Below are positions 20,489 through 29,421 of a stretch of DNA of 64,000 nt, in pieces. The stretch covers positions 15,798-79,797 of the forward strand of contig CAXGUD010000019.1 in assembly GCA_964012805.1 (NCBI GenBank). Direction: 5' to 3'. Below the pieces are notes generated by a model, which was given only the letters and a program-made list of their open reading frames with translations, was not told the origin of the DNA and ran no database searches. Made by a program: the position numbers and the translations under genes. Position 1 is the stretch's first letter. The number at the start of each line of letters is the position of its first letter. The stretch comes from an uncultured Bacteriovoracaceae bacterium (GTDB lineage Bacteria; Bdellovibrionota; Bacteriovoracia; Bacteriovoracales; Bacteriovoracaceae).

Positions 20489-23002
20489 ATGGCTGCGAGT
20501 TTTTTAAAGATTATAATTTTACTTTTTTCTGGTTTTGTTTTTATTAATGAATGCTTTTCGCAACCTAAAATTAATAGGGATGATCTATTAGATAAATTTA
20601 AAAAGACATATTGTTTAAGTGATCTTAATGACAAAAAATGTGAGGAGAAACTTGATGATAAAATGAAGGATGTAAGGCTTAGGTGTTACAGACTTACAGT
20701 AAGCCAGAAAGAATGTAACGATAGAGCTTTAGATAGTGTTGATAGCTTCTTAAAGTATTTAATTTGGAAGCGCAAAAGTAAAGGCCGAGCACCAGGTGAA
20801 GATATAAGTAAAAGGACAATAAGAAAAAACCAAGATAAAAATTGGAGTGATTTTGTAAATCATGATTTAGGAAAGCTTGATTTTGAGGGAATTGATAAAT
20901 TTCTTTATCCTGAGTTGGAAAAGAATGTAGTTACAAATCTAAAAAATGAAAAATTAAAATTGAAGAAAGATTTGGAAGATACACGTGAAAAGTTAAAAAA
21001 AGTAAAAAAATCTAAAAATAAAAATGAAAAAGAACTGGAAATAGCATTAGAAAAAGAAAAAGAAGCTTTTGATAAGGTTAATGCCATTGAAGAGGTTGAA
21101 GAGAATGCTGAAAGCTTTGTACATAATTCTTTAAATTTACCAAGAAAAAAGTCTTGTGATCAGAAAATAGCTAATTTTGTCCCACTAAAATTACTCAAAG
21201 ACTTAACCTGGAATAAAAAAGGAATTGATATCAGTGTCAAAACAGATCCTAAAACTAAAAAGAAAAGTTTATCAGTAACTATGCCGGACTATATTGAAAA
21301 ATGTTTCCACCCTAAGGTTATTGTTAAAAAGGGTGAAGGCAATAAAATTTTGATTGCTGTTCAAAACTTAAATCAATCAATAAATTCTGGTAGAGAGTCA
21401 GGAATTAAAAGAAGATTTGAGAAGTGTATATCAGATGAGTTGGTCGACCTTAAAAATCCTAGAGGGGATCATTTTCATAGACCATTTAAACTAAAAAACT
21501 ATGCAAGGGATATTGACATTTCAAACGTAGATCCGTCTAAGGATATAAGGGTTGTGTATGGCTCCCCTAATAATTGGAACAAAAGTTCCTACAAACCCGA
21601 TCCAATTTCAGATAATAATGACAAAGTAACTTTTAGAGGAGAGAAAAATAAGTGCCTGGAAGCACTTACTCAAGAAAATTTAAAAGAGGGAGGTTTAGAT
21701 CTTTTGGGTTGGAAGGAAAGGAAGAAGCAATTGTATGAACTATGCAATAAGGACCTCAGCTTTTTTTCTTTAACTAATGTAATTAAAAGTTTGTCTGATT
21801 ATCCAGATGAACTTGTTTCAGATGTCAAAGCCGTTTTAAGGTCTAAGCTAGATAAGAAGAGTTCTGAGCAGATGGAATTACTCAAAGAGTACGGTAATGA
21901 AATAGCTAACGCGGAAACTAGGGAAGAAGCAAAAGAAAGTCTTGAAAATTATCTCAATGTTCTAAGGGATTTAGATAATTTTATTTTGAGGCCCAGTCTA
22001 AAAGAGTTAGAGAAGTTAATGAGTACAAGAAGTAATTCAAAAAATAGAAAGGAAGTTGATAAAAGAATCAAGGAGCTTAATGAAATAATAGGACGGTTTT
22101 CAAAAGGTAAAATTTCAAAAAATGGTTCAGAGAAAGAGTTAAAAACTAAAGACGTTCTAAAAAAGCTTCTTTATTTTGGTCTAGAAGATGGAGCTAATGA
22201 GATCAACCTTTATAGACTTCACTCAAGTGCCTTTTCTCGAGTTTATAAGAAAGGCGGCCGTAAGAAGGATAAAGATAAAAAACAGGCCAAGAGGTTAACG
22301 CATAAAGCAGCTTCAAAATTAGTAAAAAACGGACAACTCAAGTTTGAAAAAGGTTCTTCCTTTAATTCTAAACTTTATAAGGCCATGAATGGAGAAAAAT
22401 CTTTTAGCCATATTAATAGGTCTAATATTAAAAATTATCAAAGACGAAGGCAGGGTATGTTAAAAAGTTTTTATGAAAAAGAAAAAAAATATGCCTCATA
22501 TTGTCAGAGGTCTTTTTTCGGATTTATAAAAAATGCTAATAAATGCAAACGTTTTCAGAAAGGACAAAGAAGTCGTTATAGAAGAATTCAGTCTATGGTT
22601 AGTGGAATGGATAAAAAAATTAATTCAGAGCAAAAGATTGAGGCGCAGTTTAGGGCCCTCGAAAATAAAGCTAGAGATAAAAAAAGGGAAGAGTTGGGGA
22701 GAAGCTTTAAAAATATAGAGGATAAAGCTTTTTCAGATAGGCTAATGGAAGATGACTTTATGGAAGGTATTTATAAAGAGAGGTTGTCGTTTTTTGGAGA
22801 TGTCTCTGAGGAAGATGATCCTTTAAAGCTCTTTAACGAAAACGACCAAGGGGAGGAGGGCCCTTCTGGAGTTTTGTATTATCCTCAGTTAATGAATAAC
22901 TCTTCATTAGGGTTAGGAAATCCAACGGGAGGCTACTATAATCCAGGTTGGGGAGCTTCCTACTATGGAATCCCATTAAATAGCCCTCTTTACACGAGGT
23001 GA
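20489..23002 (+). CDS. Large exported Lys-rich, Cys-containing coiled-coil hypothetical protein
   Basis: AGGAG SD before ATG 20489 (ORF-track start lies inside the promoter motif); signal peptide; spaced Cys; Gly/Tyr/Pro-rich tail. Confidence 0.8.
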   Translation: MAASFLKIIILLFSGFVFINECFSQPKINRDDLLDKFKKTYCLSDLNDKKCEEKLDDKMKDVRLRCYRLTVSQKECNDRALDSVDSFLKYLIWKRKSKGRAPGEDISKRTIRKNQDKNWSDFVNHDLGKLDFEGIDKFLYPELEKNVVTNLKNEKLKLKKDLEDTREKLKKVKKSKNKNEKELEIALEKEKEAFDKVNAIEEVEENAESFVHNSLNLPRKKSCDQKIANFVPLKLLKDLTWNKKGIDISVKTDPKTKKKSLSVTMPDYIEKCFHPKVIVKKGEGNKILIAVQNLNQSINSGRESGIKRRFEKCISDELVDLKNPRGDHFHRPFKLKNYARDIDISNVDPSKDIRVVYGSPNNWNKSSYKPDPISDNNDKVTFRGEKNKCLEALTQENLKEGGLDLLGWKERKKQLYELCNKDLSFFSLTNVIKSLSDYPDELVSDVKAVLRSKLDKKSSEQMELLKEYGNEIANAETREEAKESLENYLNVLRDLDNFILRPSLKELEKLMSTRSNSKNRKEVDKRIKELNEIIGRFSKGKISKNGSEKELKTKDVLKKLLYFGLEDGANEINLYRLHSSAFSRVYKKGGRKKDKDKKQAKRLTHKAASKLVKNGQLKFEKGSSFNSKLYKAMNGEKSFSHINRSNIKNYQRRRQGMLKSFYEKEKKYASYCQRSFFGFIKNANKCKRFQKGQRSRYRRIQSMVSGMDKKINSEQKIEAQFRALENKARDKKREELGRSFKNIEDKAFSDRLMEDDFMEGIYKERLSFFGDVSEEDDPLKLFNENDQGEEGPSGVLYYPQLMNNSSLGLGNPTGGYYNPGWGASYYGIPLNSPLYTR

Positions 23003-23019
23003 CTTCGTTACTAGTTTTT

Positions 23020-24513
23020 TTAGAAAGTAACCCCTAAATTTAGTTGCATTGAATAGGAGTTAGCTAAAGCAACAGAGTCAGATGAATTATTTGTAAAGGC
23101 GTAATAGTCGCCTGGCACACTGTACCCCAAGGAAGATCCTATTTTTATTTCGTTATTCCAGAGGTATGTGAAGCCTGCGTCAATTTCGAAGCCCATTGAC
23201 TTGTCTTGGTTTAATGAGTTTCCAGTAGTGAAAGTTCTGTGGCTGGTATGATTATAAGCAGCTTTGCCGCTTTTAGCAGTTTCTATTGCATTGGCGTAAA
23301 TAAAACCTATATCCCAAAACCAATTATCCATGGTGTAATTTGCATATAGCTTCACGAATTGCGCGTTGGTTATGTATGAATCATAAATGCTTTGAGTATC
23401 ACTATTTTTGACAGCTGAAAAATTATATCTAAATAAAATATTTGCAATTTGGTAGTTGGGGTGAAGGTAAAAAGCATTAAATTCGTCAGTATTACCATCT
23501 TCTCCGTCTATGGACCCGATTGTCGCTCCAAACGTCCATTTGTTATTATATTTATACTCTGCTTCTACAAGAATTGCTTTTGAGTTGAAGTCTGCGGAAG
23601 AGCTGGAGCTAAATATCTTTCCAATACTACCAGTAACAATAGGAACTTCTACCTCCAGTTTGAGGTTACCAAACATTTTTTTGAAATAAATATCAATCAG
23701 CTTAACGTTTGCTTCTCCGAGTGAATTGGCTGTTCCACTTATGCCAGACTTCATGGTGGCGTTTGATGATCCACTTACCTTTTTTCTATAAAGGAGGCCA
23801 AATCCGAGGTCGTTTTCTGGGTTGTCATAGAGAATTGAAAAACCATATTCTGTTGTACTGGCGGAGCTGACAAGTTTATTTCCTGAGCTAAGCCTTGCCC
23901 AAAAGGGATCTATGTAAAAATTTCCAACTTTCATCTTGATGGTGACGCCATCTCGGGAGTAGAAGTGACGATCCCATAAGTTTTTACCGTCATTTATAAC
24001 GGCGCCTAAGCCCCAGTGAGCTTTGTGTCTTCCAATAATGTATGTTGCTGTATCGGCAAAAAGCTCTAAGTATAGCTGATTTATGTTAAGAGCTTTTTCC
24101 GTTGTAGTATTGATGTTGTATAGGGCTCCTCCCATGTCCCCGACGAAGTCACCTGTGGCATCCTTTTCTCCATCTTGCTGTCCATTCTCACCAATTTTTC
24201 CGCCTCTTCCATAGCCTGTGGATAACTCTGCTTTTAGAGTAGAGGCATCATTCACTATGATAATGGGTTTTAAGCTTAACAAATAGCTTTGAAAAGAAGC
24301 CTCGGAGCTACCTGCATCAGAGACTACTTGAGAGCCACTGCCGACTGGTGATGCGATAGTACTGCCATCGGTCACTTTACGGAAGTTAGTTATAAGTGTT
24401 GTATCGACACCGAACTTACCCTGCCAGTCAATTGGAAGAGCGCTTCCAATTATAGGGGTAAAAAGAAATAATATAAATGAAAAGAGCTTGATTCCATATT
24501 TCTTTTGTGGCAC
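23020..24513 (-). CDS. Outer-membrane beta-barrel / porin-like protein
   Basis: GTG start with AGGAG SD, signal peptide, GRHKAHWGLG (delta-proteobacterial porin-like pattern), ends LNLGVTF. Confidence 0.8.
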   Translation of the reverse strand: MPQKKYGIKLFSFILFLFTPIIGSALPIDWQGKFGVDTTLITNFRKVTDGSTIASPVGSGSQVVSDAGSSEASFQSYLLSLKPIIIVNDASTLKAELSTGYGRGGKIGENGQQDGEKDATGDFVGDMGGALYNINTTTEKALNINQLYLELFADTATYIIGRHKAHWGLGAVINDGKNLWDRHFYSRDGVTIKMKVGNFYIDPFWARLSSGNKLVSSASTTEYGFSILYDNPENDLGFGLLYRKKVSGSSNATMKSGISGTANSLGEANVKLIDIYFKKMFGNLKLEVEVPIVTGSIGKIFSSSSSADFNSKAILVEAEYKYNNKWTFGATIGSIDGEDGNTDEFNAFYLHPNYQIANILFRYNFSAVKNSDTQSIYDSYITNAQFVKLYANYTMDNWFWDIGFIYANAIETAKSGKAAYNHTSHRTFTTGNSLNQDKSMGFEIDAGFTYLWNNEIKIGSSLGYSVPGDYYAFTNNSSDSVALANSYSMQLNLGVTF

Positions 24514-24577
24514 GAAATTCTCCTAAAGGTATTAATTTTTTGAGGTCAGAGCTCTTCCTCAAACTTTTAGGTTTATA

Positions 24578-24606
24578 AATATATTGAATAGACTTGGCTT
24601 AGTCAA
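24578..24606 (-). promoter_or_regulatory. Sigma-70-type promoter of porin-like gene
   Basis: Minus strand TTGACT N17 TATATT; 5' leader contains TTTGAGG/CCTCAAA hairpin (24539-24563). Confidence 0.5.
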
Positions 24607-24627
24607 AAGAATGAGAGACACAAGTTT

Positions 24628-26577
24628 ATGAAAGAGGCTTGTTTTTTAAAACAGGCTTTTTTTGAAGATTATATGAAAAAGAAATTTTTAATTTATTTTT
24701 TCTTTGTCACAGCTTTGTCTTTAGCAGGCTTTTCATTCTATTGTTTTCACTTGATAAACGATATATCAGTCAAGTTGGAAGATGTTTCAAAAAATAATGG
24801 AGATTTGCGGCAAGCTAAAAATTTTTTGGAACAAGGCTCAGTAGCTAATAAAAAGGACCTTAGTGATTATATCCTGTTTTCTGATTATAGGGGAAGTTAT
24901 AAAAATTGGCTTAAAGAAAATGCGAAAAACCTGGAACCTTTTTCAAGTAAAAGCCACCTAATACACTTAAATGATGACTCCTCTATACCCTTACTTTCTA
25001 ATAATCATTGCAGTTTGGCTTATTGTTATCAGCATAAACTACCTTTTAATGAAATTCCTGCGCTATTTTGGAAAAGCCTGATTGGTATAGAGGACATAAG
25101 ATTTATTTTTCACAATGGCGTCGATATTAAATCTATTCTTAGGGCTTTGTGGGTTGACTTGAAAGCGGGTAAGTTTGTACAGGGCGGCTCAACAATTACA
25201 CAGCAATTAGTTAAGAACCTCTATTTATCTAATGAAAAAACTATTTCAAGAAAAATTAAAGAATTTATCATTGCTTTGTATGTTGAAAGAGTTTTTTCTA
25301 AAGAAAAAATTTTGGAAAGTTATTTTAATGAATTTATTTGGGGGTCTTTACAGGGAATTAAGGTAAAGGGTGTTTATTCTGCGTCATTGTTTTATTTTGG
25401 GAAGAAAATAACCTTATTAAAGCCTTATGAGGTTGCCGTACTTATTGCGATGCTCAAGGGTCCTTATTTTTACCACCCTATTCGGAAAACAGGGCGATTA
25501 AGGGCAAGGGTTGATTATATTTTTAAAAAACTCAAAAAATTATCCCTGCTTCCTGTTGATGAACAAGCTTGGAATCAAACTAATTGGGTAGCATGGAAAA
25601 ATGAGCTTACAGACCGTGAGTCTGGCCACCCTTATAAAAGTTTGGAGAGAGCTTCTTTAGAGAGTGGAAAGGATGTGGGTGGCTTTGATGACTTTGAAAG
25701 ATATATTTTTTTCAAAAAAGCTCAAGCTTTGAGGACTCGCTTATTAAAAAAGTTAAAATTTAAAAAAGATATTACCGTTAAAGCAATTATTGGGAATCCT
25801 TCTTTAATAAAAAAAGGTGAAAACCTTTTTTACTATTATTCAAAAAGACAAAGATCTTTAAAAAGGTCTATTGAAGAAGAATATCATCAAGTTGGAAGTT
25901 TACTAAAACCTATTCTTTATTCTCTTTTCGCTAAGAAGGGCTATGGCCTGAGTTACGGTGTTAGTACAGAAAAGATGAGCTTACTTTTGAAGTCGGGTGC
26001 TTGGTCACCAAAAGATTCTCATAAAGATTTACCGGGTATTTTAAGCTTGGAACAAACCCTTTTGATGTCTCTTAACGGTCCTGTGATTCGAATGGCTTCT
26101 CAAGTGGGTTTTTCTTGGTTGGAAAGAGAGTTAACAAGCATAATTCCTCGTTTAAGGACTCCACTGGCAGAGTTTCCAGCTCAATTACTGGGCTCAGTAG
26201 AGCTAAGCTTAAAGGAAATATATTCTATTTATGAAAAGTTTATACTTGATGAGTGTCTGGTGAAAATAAATGGTGTAACTTCAAAGAGTATTGTCTCCGC
26301 TTTATCTTATCCAAATAGAGGCACTGTTCGTAGAAAGTTGGGGCCTTTTTTCAAGAATTTAAGGTACTTTGGAAAAACGGGTACTTCAAACAAGGGGCAA
26401 GACAATTGGTACCTTTTTTATACAGGTGATGAATTAGGTGTTATTTGGGTCGGTAACGAAGGAGCCCGAACCCAAAAAGATTTGAATCTTTATGGGAGCA
26501 CCACATCATTCTCTCTCTTTAAGGAGTTTTATAGTTCAAGAGGAAAGGGTTTTTCTGAATTTAATTGTATAAATTAG
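24628..26577 (+). CDS. Class A penicillin-binding protein (GT51 plus transpeptidase); start may be ATG 24673
   Basis: TM anchor; IEDIRF, QGGSTITQQLVKN, RKIKE; SxxK (SLLK), SxN (SLN), KTG. Confidence 0.9.
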   Translation: MKEACFLKQAFFEDYMKKKFLIYFFFVTALSLAGFSFYCFHLINDISVKLEDVSKNNGDLRQAKNFLEQGSVANKKDLSDYILFSDYRGSYKNWLKENAKNLEPFSSKSHLIHLNDDSSIPLLSNNHCSLAYCYQHKLPFNEIPALFWKSLIGIEDIRFIFHNGVDIKSILRALWVDLKAGKFVQGGSTITQQLVKNLYLSNEKTISRKIKEFIIALYVERVFSKEKILESYFNEFIWGSLQGIKVKGVYSASLFYFGKKITLLKPYEVAVLIAMLKGPYFYHPIRKTGRLRARVDYIFKKLKKLSLLPVDEQAWNQTNWVAWKNELTDRESGHPYKSLERASLESGKDVGGFDDFERYIFFKKAQALRTRLLKKLKFKKDITVKAIIGNPSLIKKGENLFYYYSKRQRSLKRSIEEEYHQVGSLLKPILYSLFAKKGYGLSYGVSTEKMSLLLKSGAWSPKDSHKDLPGILSLEQTLLMSLNGPVIRMASQVGFSWLERELTSIIPRLRTPLAEFPAQLLGSVELSLKEIYSIYEKFILDECLVKINGVTSKSIVSALSYPNRGTVRRKLGPFFKNLRYFGKTGTSNKGQDNWYLFYTGDELGVIWVGNEGARTQKDLNLYGSTTSFSLFKEFYSSRGKGFSEFNCIN

Positions 26578-26587
26578 AGTTCTAGCC

Positions 26588-26616
26588 TTGCAAAAGGAGG
26601 GGGCTAGTTGTATGTT
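26588..26616 (+). promoter_or_regulatory. Sigma-70 promoter for tRNA-Gln/prs
   Basis: TTGCAA N17 TATGTT followed by GC-rich GTGCGG discriminator. Confidence 0.55.
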
Positions 26617-26644
26617 GTGCGGACTCTTTTTTGCTTCATCTTAA

Positions 26645-26719
26645 TGGGGTGTCGACAAGTGGTAAGTCAACAGATTTTGATTCTGTCATGCGCAGGTTCG
26701 AGTCCTGCCACCCCAGCCA
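26645..26719 (+). tRNA. tRNA-Gln(TTG)
   Basis: TGGGGTG/CACCCCA acceptor, ACAGA-TTTTGAT-TCTGT anticodon arm, GGTTCGAGTCC, encoded CCA; classic position before prs. Confidence 0.97.
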
Positions 26720-26757
26720 CCTTCTTGGCTCTGATTTCATTTAAATTTGGGGGGTAA

Positions 26758-27702
26758 ATGAAACGCATTGTACTTGTATCAGGGACATCTAACCCAAATT
26801 TATCTCATCAAATTTCAGAACATCTCGATGTTGCTTTGGTAGATCCGCAAATTGTTAGGTTTGCTAATGGTGAAATCTTTTGTGAAATTGAAAAAAACGT
26901 CCGTGGAGCAGATGTATTTGTTATCCAGTCTCTTTGTCCTCCAGTGAACGACAACCTGATGGAGTTACTGATAACAATTGATGCACTTAAAAGAGCTTCA
27001 GCATCTTCTATAACCGCTGTGATACCTCACTATGCTTATGCTCGCCAGGACAGAAAGGTTAGTCCAAGAACACCCGTTTCAGCGAAACTTCTTGCGGACC
27101 TCATAACAGTTGCAGGAGCAACCCGTGTTATAACAATGGATTTACATGCTGGGCAAATACAAGGTTTTTTCAATATACCTTTCGACAATATTTATGCTTC
27201 ACCTATTTTGCTTAAATATATAAGAAATGAGATTTTATCAGACCACACAATTTGTATATCTCCCGATAGTGGTGGCGTTGAGAGGGTAAGGCACTACGCT
27301 AAAAAGCTTAAGTGTGATCTGGCAATGATTGATAAAAGAAGAACTGGGAAAAACGTTGCTAAAGCAATGAATATTGTGGGTGATGTGGAAGGTAAAGACT
27401 GCGTCATTATCGATGACATGATTGATACAGCTGGAACCTTAGTAGAAGCTTGCAAAGCTTTGAAAAATGGAGGAGCACTAAAAGTTTATTGTTGTGCAAC
27501 CCACCCTGTTTTTTCTGGTCCAGCGCTTAAAAGAATTGCTGAGTGTGATGAACTTGAGCAAGTTATTTGTTCTGATACAATACCTCTCACCGAGGAAGCT
27601 CAAAAGATTCAAAAAATTAAAGTTTTATCTACTTCTGAATTGTTATCAAAGGCTATCCATAGAACTTTCAACAATGATTCAGTTAGCTCTCTATTTATCT
27701 AA
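26758..27702 (+). CDS. prs: Ribose-phosphate pyrophosphokinase
   Basis: FANGE, YARQDRK, DLHAGQIQGFF, SPDSGG, IIDDMIDTAGT. Confidence 0.99.
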   Translation: MKRIVLVSGTSNPNLSHQISEHLDVALVDPQIVRFANGEIFCEIEKNVRGADVFVIQSLCPPVNDNLMELLITIDALKRASASSITAVIPHYAYARQDRKVSPRTPVSAKLLADLITVAGATRVITMDLHAGQIQGFFNIPFDNIYASPILLKYIRNEILSDHTICISPDSGGVERVRHYAKKLKCDLAMIDKRRTGKNVAKAMNIVGDVEGKDCVIIDDMIDTAGTLVEACKALKNGGALKVYCCATHPVFSGPALKRIAECDELEQVICSDTIPLTEEAQKIQKIKVLSTSELLSKAIHRTFNNDSVSSLFI

Positions 27703-28277
27703 TGGACTTCCTAATTGTAGGCTTAGGAAATCCTGGCTCTGAATACCAAAACACAAGACATAATATAGCTTGGAGTGTTTTAGAGAGTGCACCTTTCTCC
27801 TCTCATTTAGCTTGGAGGGAGAAGTATAAAGGCTTTTATGCGTCTCATGGGTTTAGGAATGTAAAAGGTCATTTTCTGAAGCCGCAGACTTATATGAATT
27901 TAAGCGGTGAAAGTGTTCAGCCTTGCGCTGACTTTTTTAAAATCAGGGTTGAAAATATTCTAGTTGTTCATGATGAGCTGGATCTTCCTTTTGGGACGTT
28001 GGCGTTTAAAAAAGGAGGAGGCTTGGCTGGGCATAATGGACTTAAATCAATCTCGCAAATATTGGGTTCTCAAGATTTTCTGAGGTTAAGGTTGGGTATT
28101 GGAAGGCCAACTCATGGTAATGTTGCTTCCTATGTTCTATCAAACTTTTCTTCTGATGAAAGAATGGTGCTTGATGACTTCCTTAAAGGGGGAGGAGAAG
28201 CCATTGATTGTTTTATGAATGAAGGCTTTCAAAAAGCAGCAAAGACTTTTAGTAAGAAGAGTTATACAGAAGTTTAA
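27702..28277 (+). CDS. pth: Peptidyl-tRNA hydrolase
   Basis: IVGLGNPG, TRHN, KPQTYMNLSG, HDELD, GHNG, RLRLGIGRP. Confidence 0.98.
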   Translation: MDFLIVGLGNPGSEYQNTRHNIAWSVLESAPFSSHLAWREKYKGFYASHGFRNVKGHFLKPQTYMNLSGESVQPCADFFKIRVENILVVHDELDLPFGTLAFKKGGGLAGHNGLKSISQILGSQDFLRLRLGIGRPTHGNVASYVLSNFSSDERMVLDDFLKGGGEAIDCFMNEGFQKAAKTFSKKSYTEV

Positions 28278-28308
28278 TTGAAAAAAGTTTTAAATTAAGG
28301 AGAAAAAG

Positions 28309-29421
28309 ATGGGGATTAATTGTGGAATTGTTGGGCTTCCTAATGTTGGAAAATCTACTATTTTCTCTGCAATAACTTCTGCCCCTGCTGAGGCTGCAAA
28401 TTATCCTTTTTGTACAATTGAGCCAAATGTTGGAATTGTAAATGTTGCAGACGGAAGATTGGAGAAGATAAGTTCTATAATAAAAACGAAGAAAGTTATA
28501 CCTGCTATCGTGGAGTTTATGGATATTGCTGGTTTAGTAAAAGGAGCTTCTAAAGGCGAAGGTTTGGGAAATCAGTTTTTGGGTCATATCAGACAAGTAG
28601 ATGCTATTGCCCATGTAGTTAGATGCTTTGATGATGAGAATGTTGTTCATGTTGGTGGTAGAGTTGATCCAATTGAGGATATTGAAATTGTTAATACTGA
28701 ATTAGCTTTGGCAGACTTAGAAGTTGTTCAGAAAAAGTTGGAAAGCATTGGGAAATTGATCAAAAGCCAGAATAAAGATGTTTCAACTAAAGCAAAAATT
28801 TTGAAACCTATTCTTGAAAAGTTAATAGTTGGGTTGGAAGAAGGCAAGCCTGCCAGAATGGTTGAATTAGACCCTGAAGACTTAGAGTCCTGCAAAGACC
28901 TCAATTTGATCACACTCAAAAAGGTTCTTTATGTTTGCAATATTGATGAGGAAAGTCTTACATCAACTTCAAATCCTTATGTTCAGAAAGTGGAGGATTT
29001 TGCGAAAAGTGATGGTGCAGAAGTTTTACTCATTTGTGGAAAACTAGAGGCTGAAATCTCTTCCTTGGAGACAGAGGAAGAAAAGAGAGAGTTTTTAAGC
29101 GAAATAGGGATCAATGAGTCTGGGCTTGATAAGTTAACCAGAATTGCATACGAAATGCTCGGACTTAGAACTTATTTTACTGCTGGAGAAAAAGAAGTAA
29201 GAGCCTGGACATTTAAAACGGGTGCTAAAGCACCTCAGGCTGCAGGAGTCATTCACAGTGATTTTGAAAGAGGGTTTATTCGAGCGGAGGTTTACCACTG
29301 CGAAGAGCTATTTGAGTTTGGGACAGAAAGTAAGTTAAAGGAGTCAGGTAAGCTAAGAGTAGAGGGAAAGGAGTACGTTGTTGAGGATGGAGATGTAATG
29401 CATTTTCGCTTTAATGTGTAG
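28309..29421 (+). CDS. ychF: Redox-regulated ATPase YchF
   Basis: GIVGLPNVGKST, NYPFCTIEPN, DIAGLVKGAS, IHSDFERGFIRAE, FRFNV. Confidence 0.99.
   Translation: MGINCGIVGLPNVGKSTIFSAITSAPAEAANYPFCTIEPNVGIVNVADGRLEKISSIIKTKKVIPAIVEFMDIAGLVKGASKGEGLGNQFLGHIRQVDAIAHVVRCFDDENVVHVGGRVDPIEDIEIVNTELALADLEVVQKKLESIGKLIKSQNKDVSTKAKILKPILEKLIVGLEEGKPARMVELDPEDLESCKDLNLITLKKVLYVCNIDEESLTSTSNPYVQKVEDFAKSDGAEVLLICGKLEAEISSLETEEEKREFLSEIGINESGLDKLTRIAYEMLGLRTYFTAGEKEVRAWTFKTGAKAPQAAGVIHSDFERGFIRAEVYHCEELFEFGTESKLKESGKLRVEGKEYVVEDGDVMHFRFNV

Noticed and set aside
24217..24225. Perfect DnaA box (TGTGGATAA)
   Set aside because: Single copy inside a coding sequence; no box cluster, so not oriC.
24539..24563. 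Leader hairpin of porin-like gene as a riboswitch
   Set aside because: Single 7-bp stem with no match to a riboswitch family I recognise.
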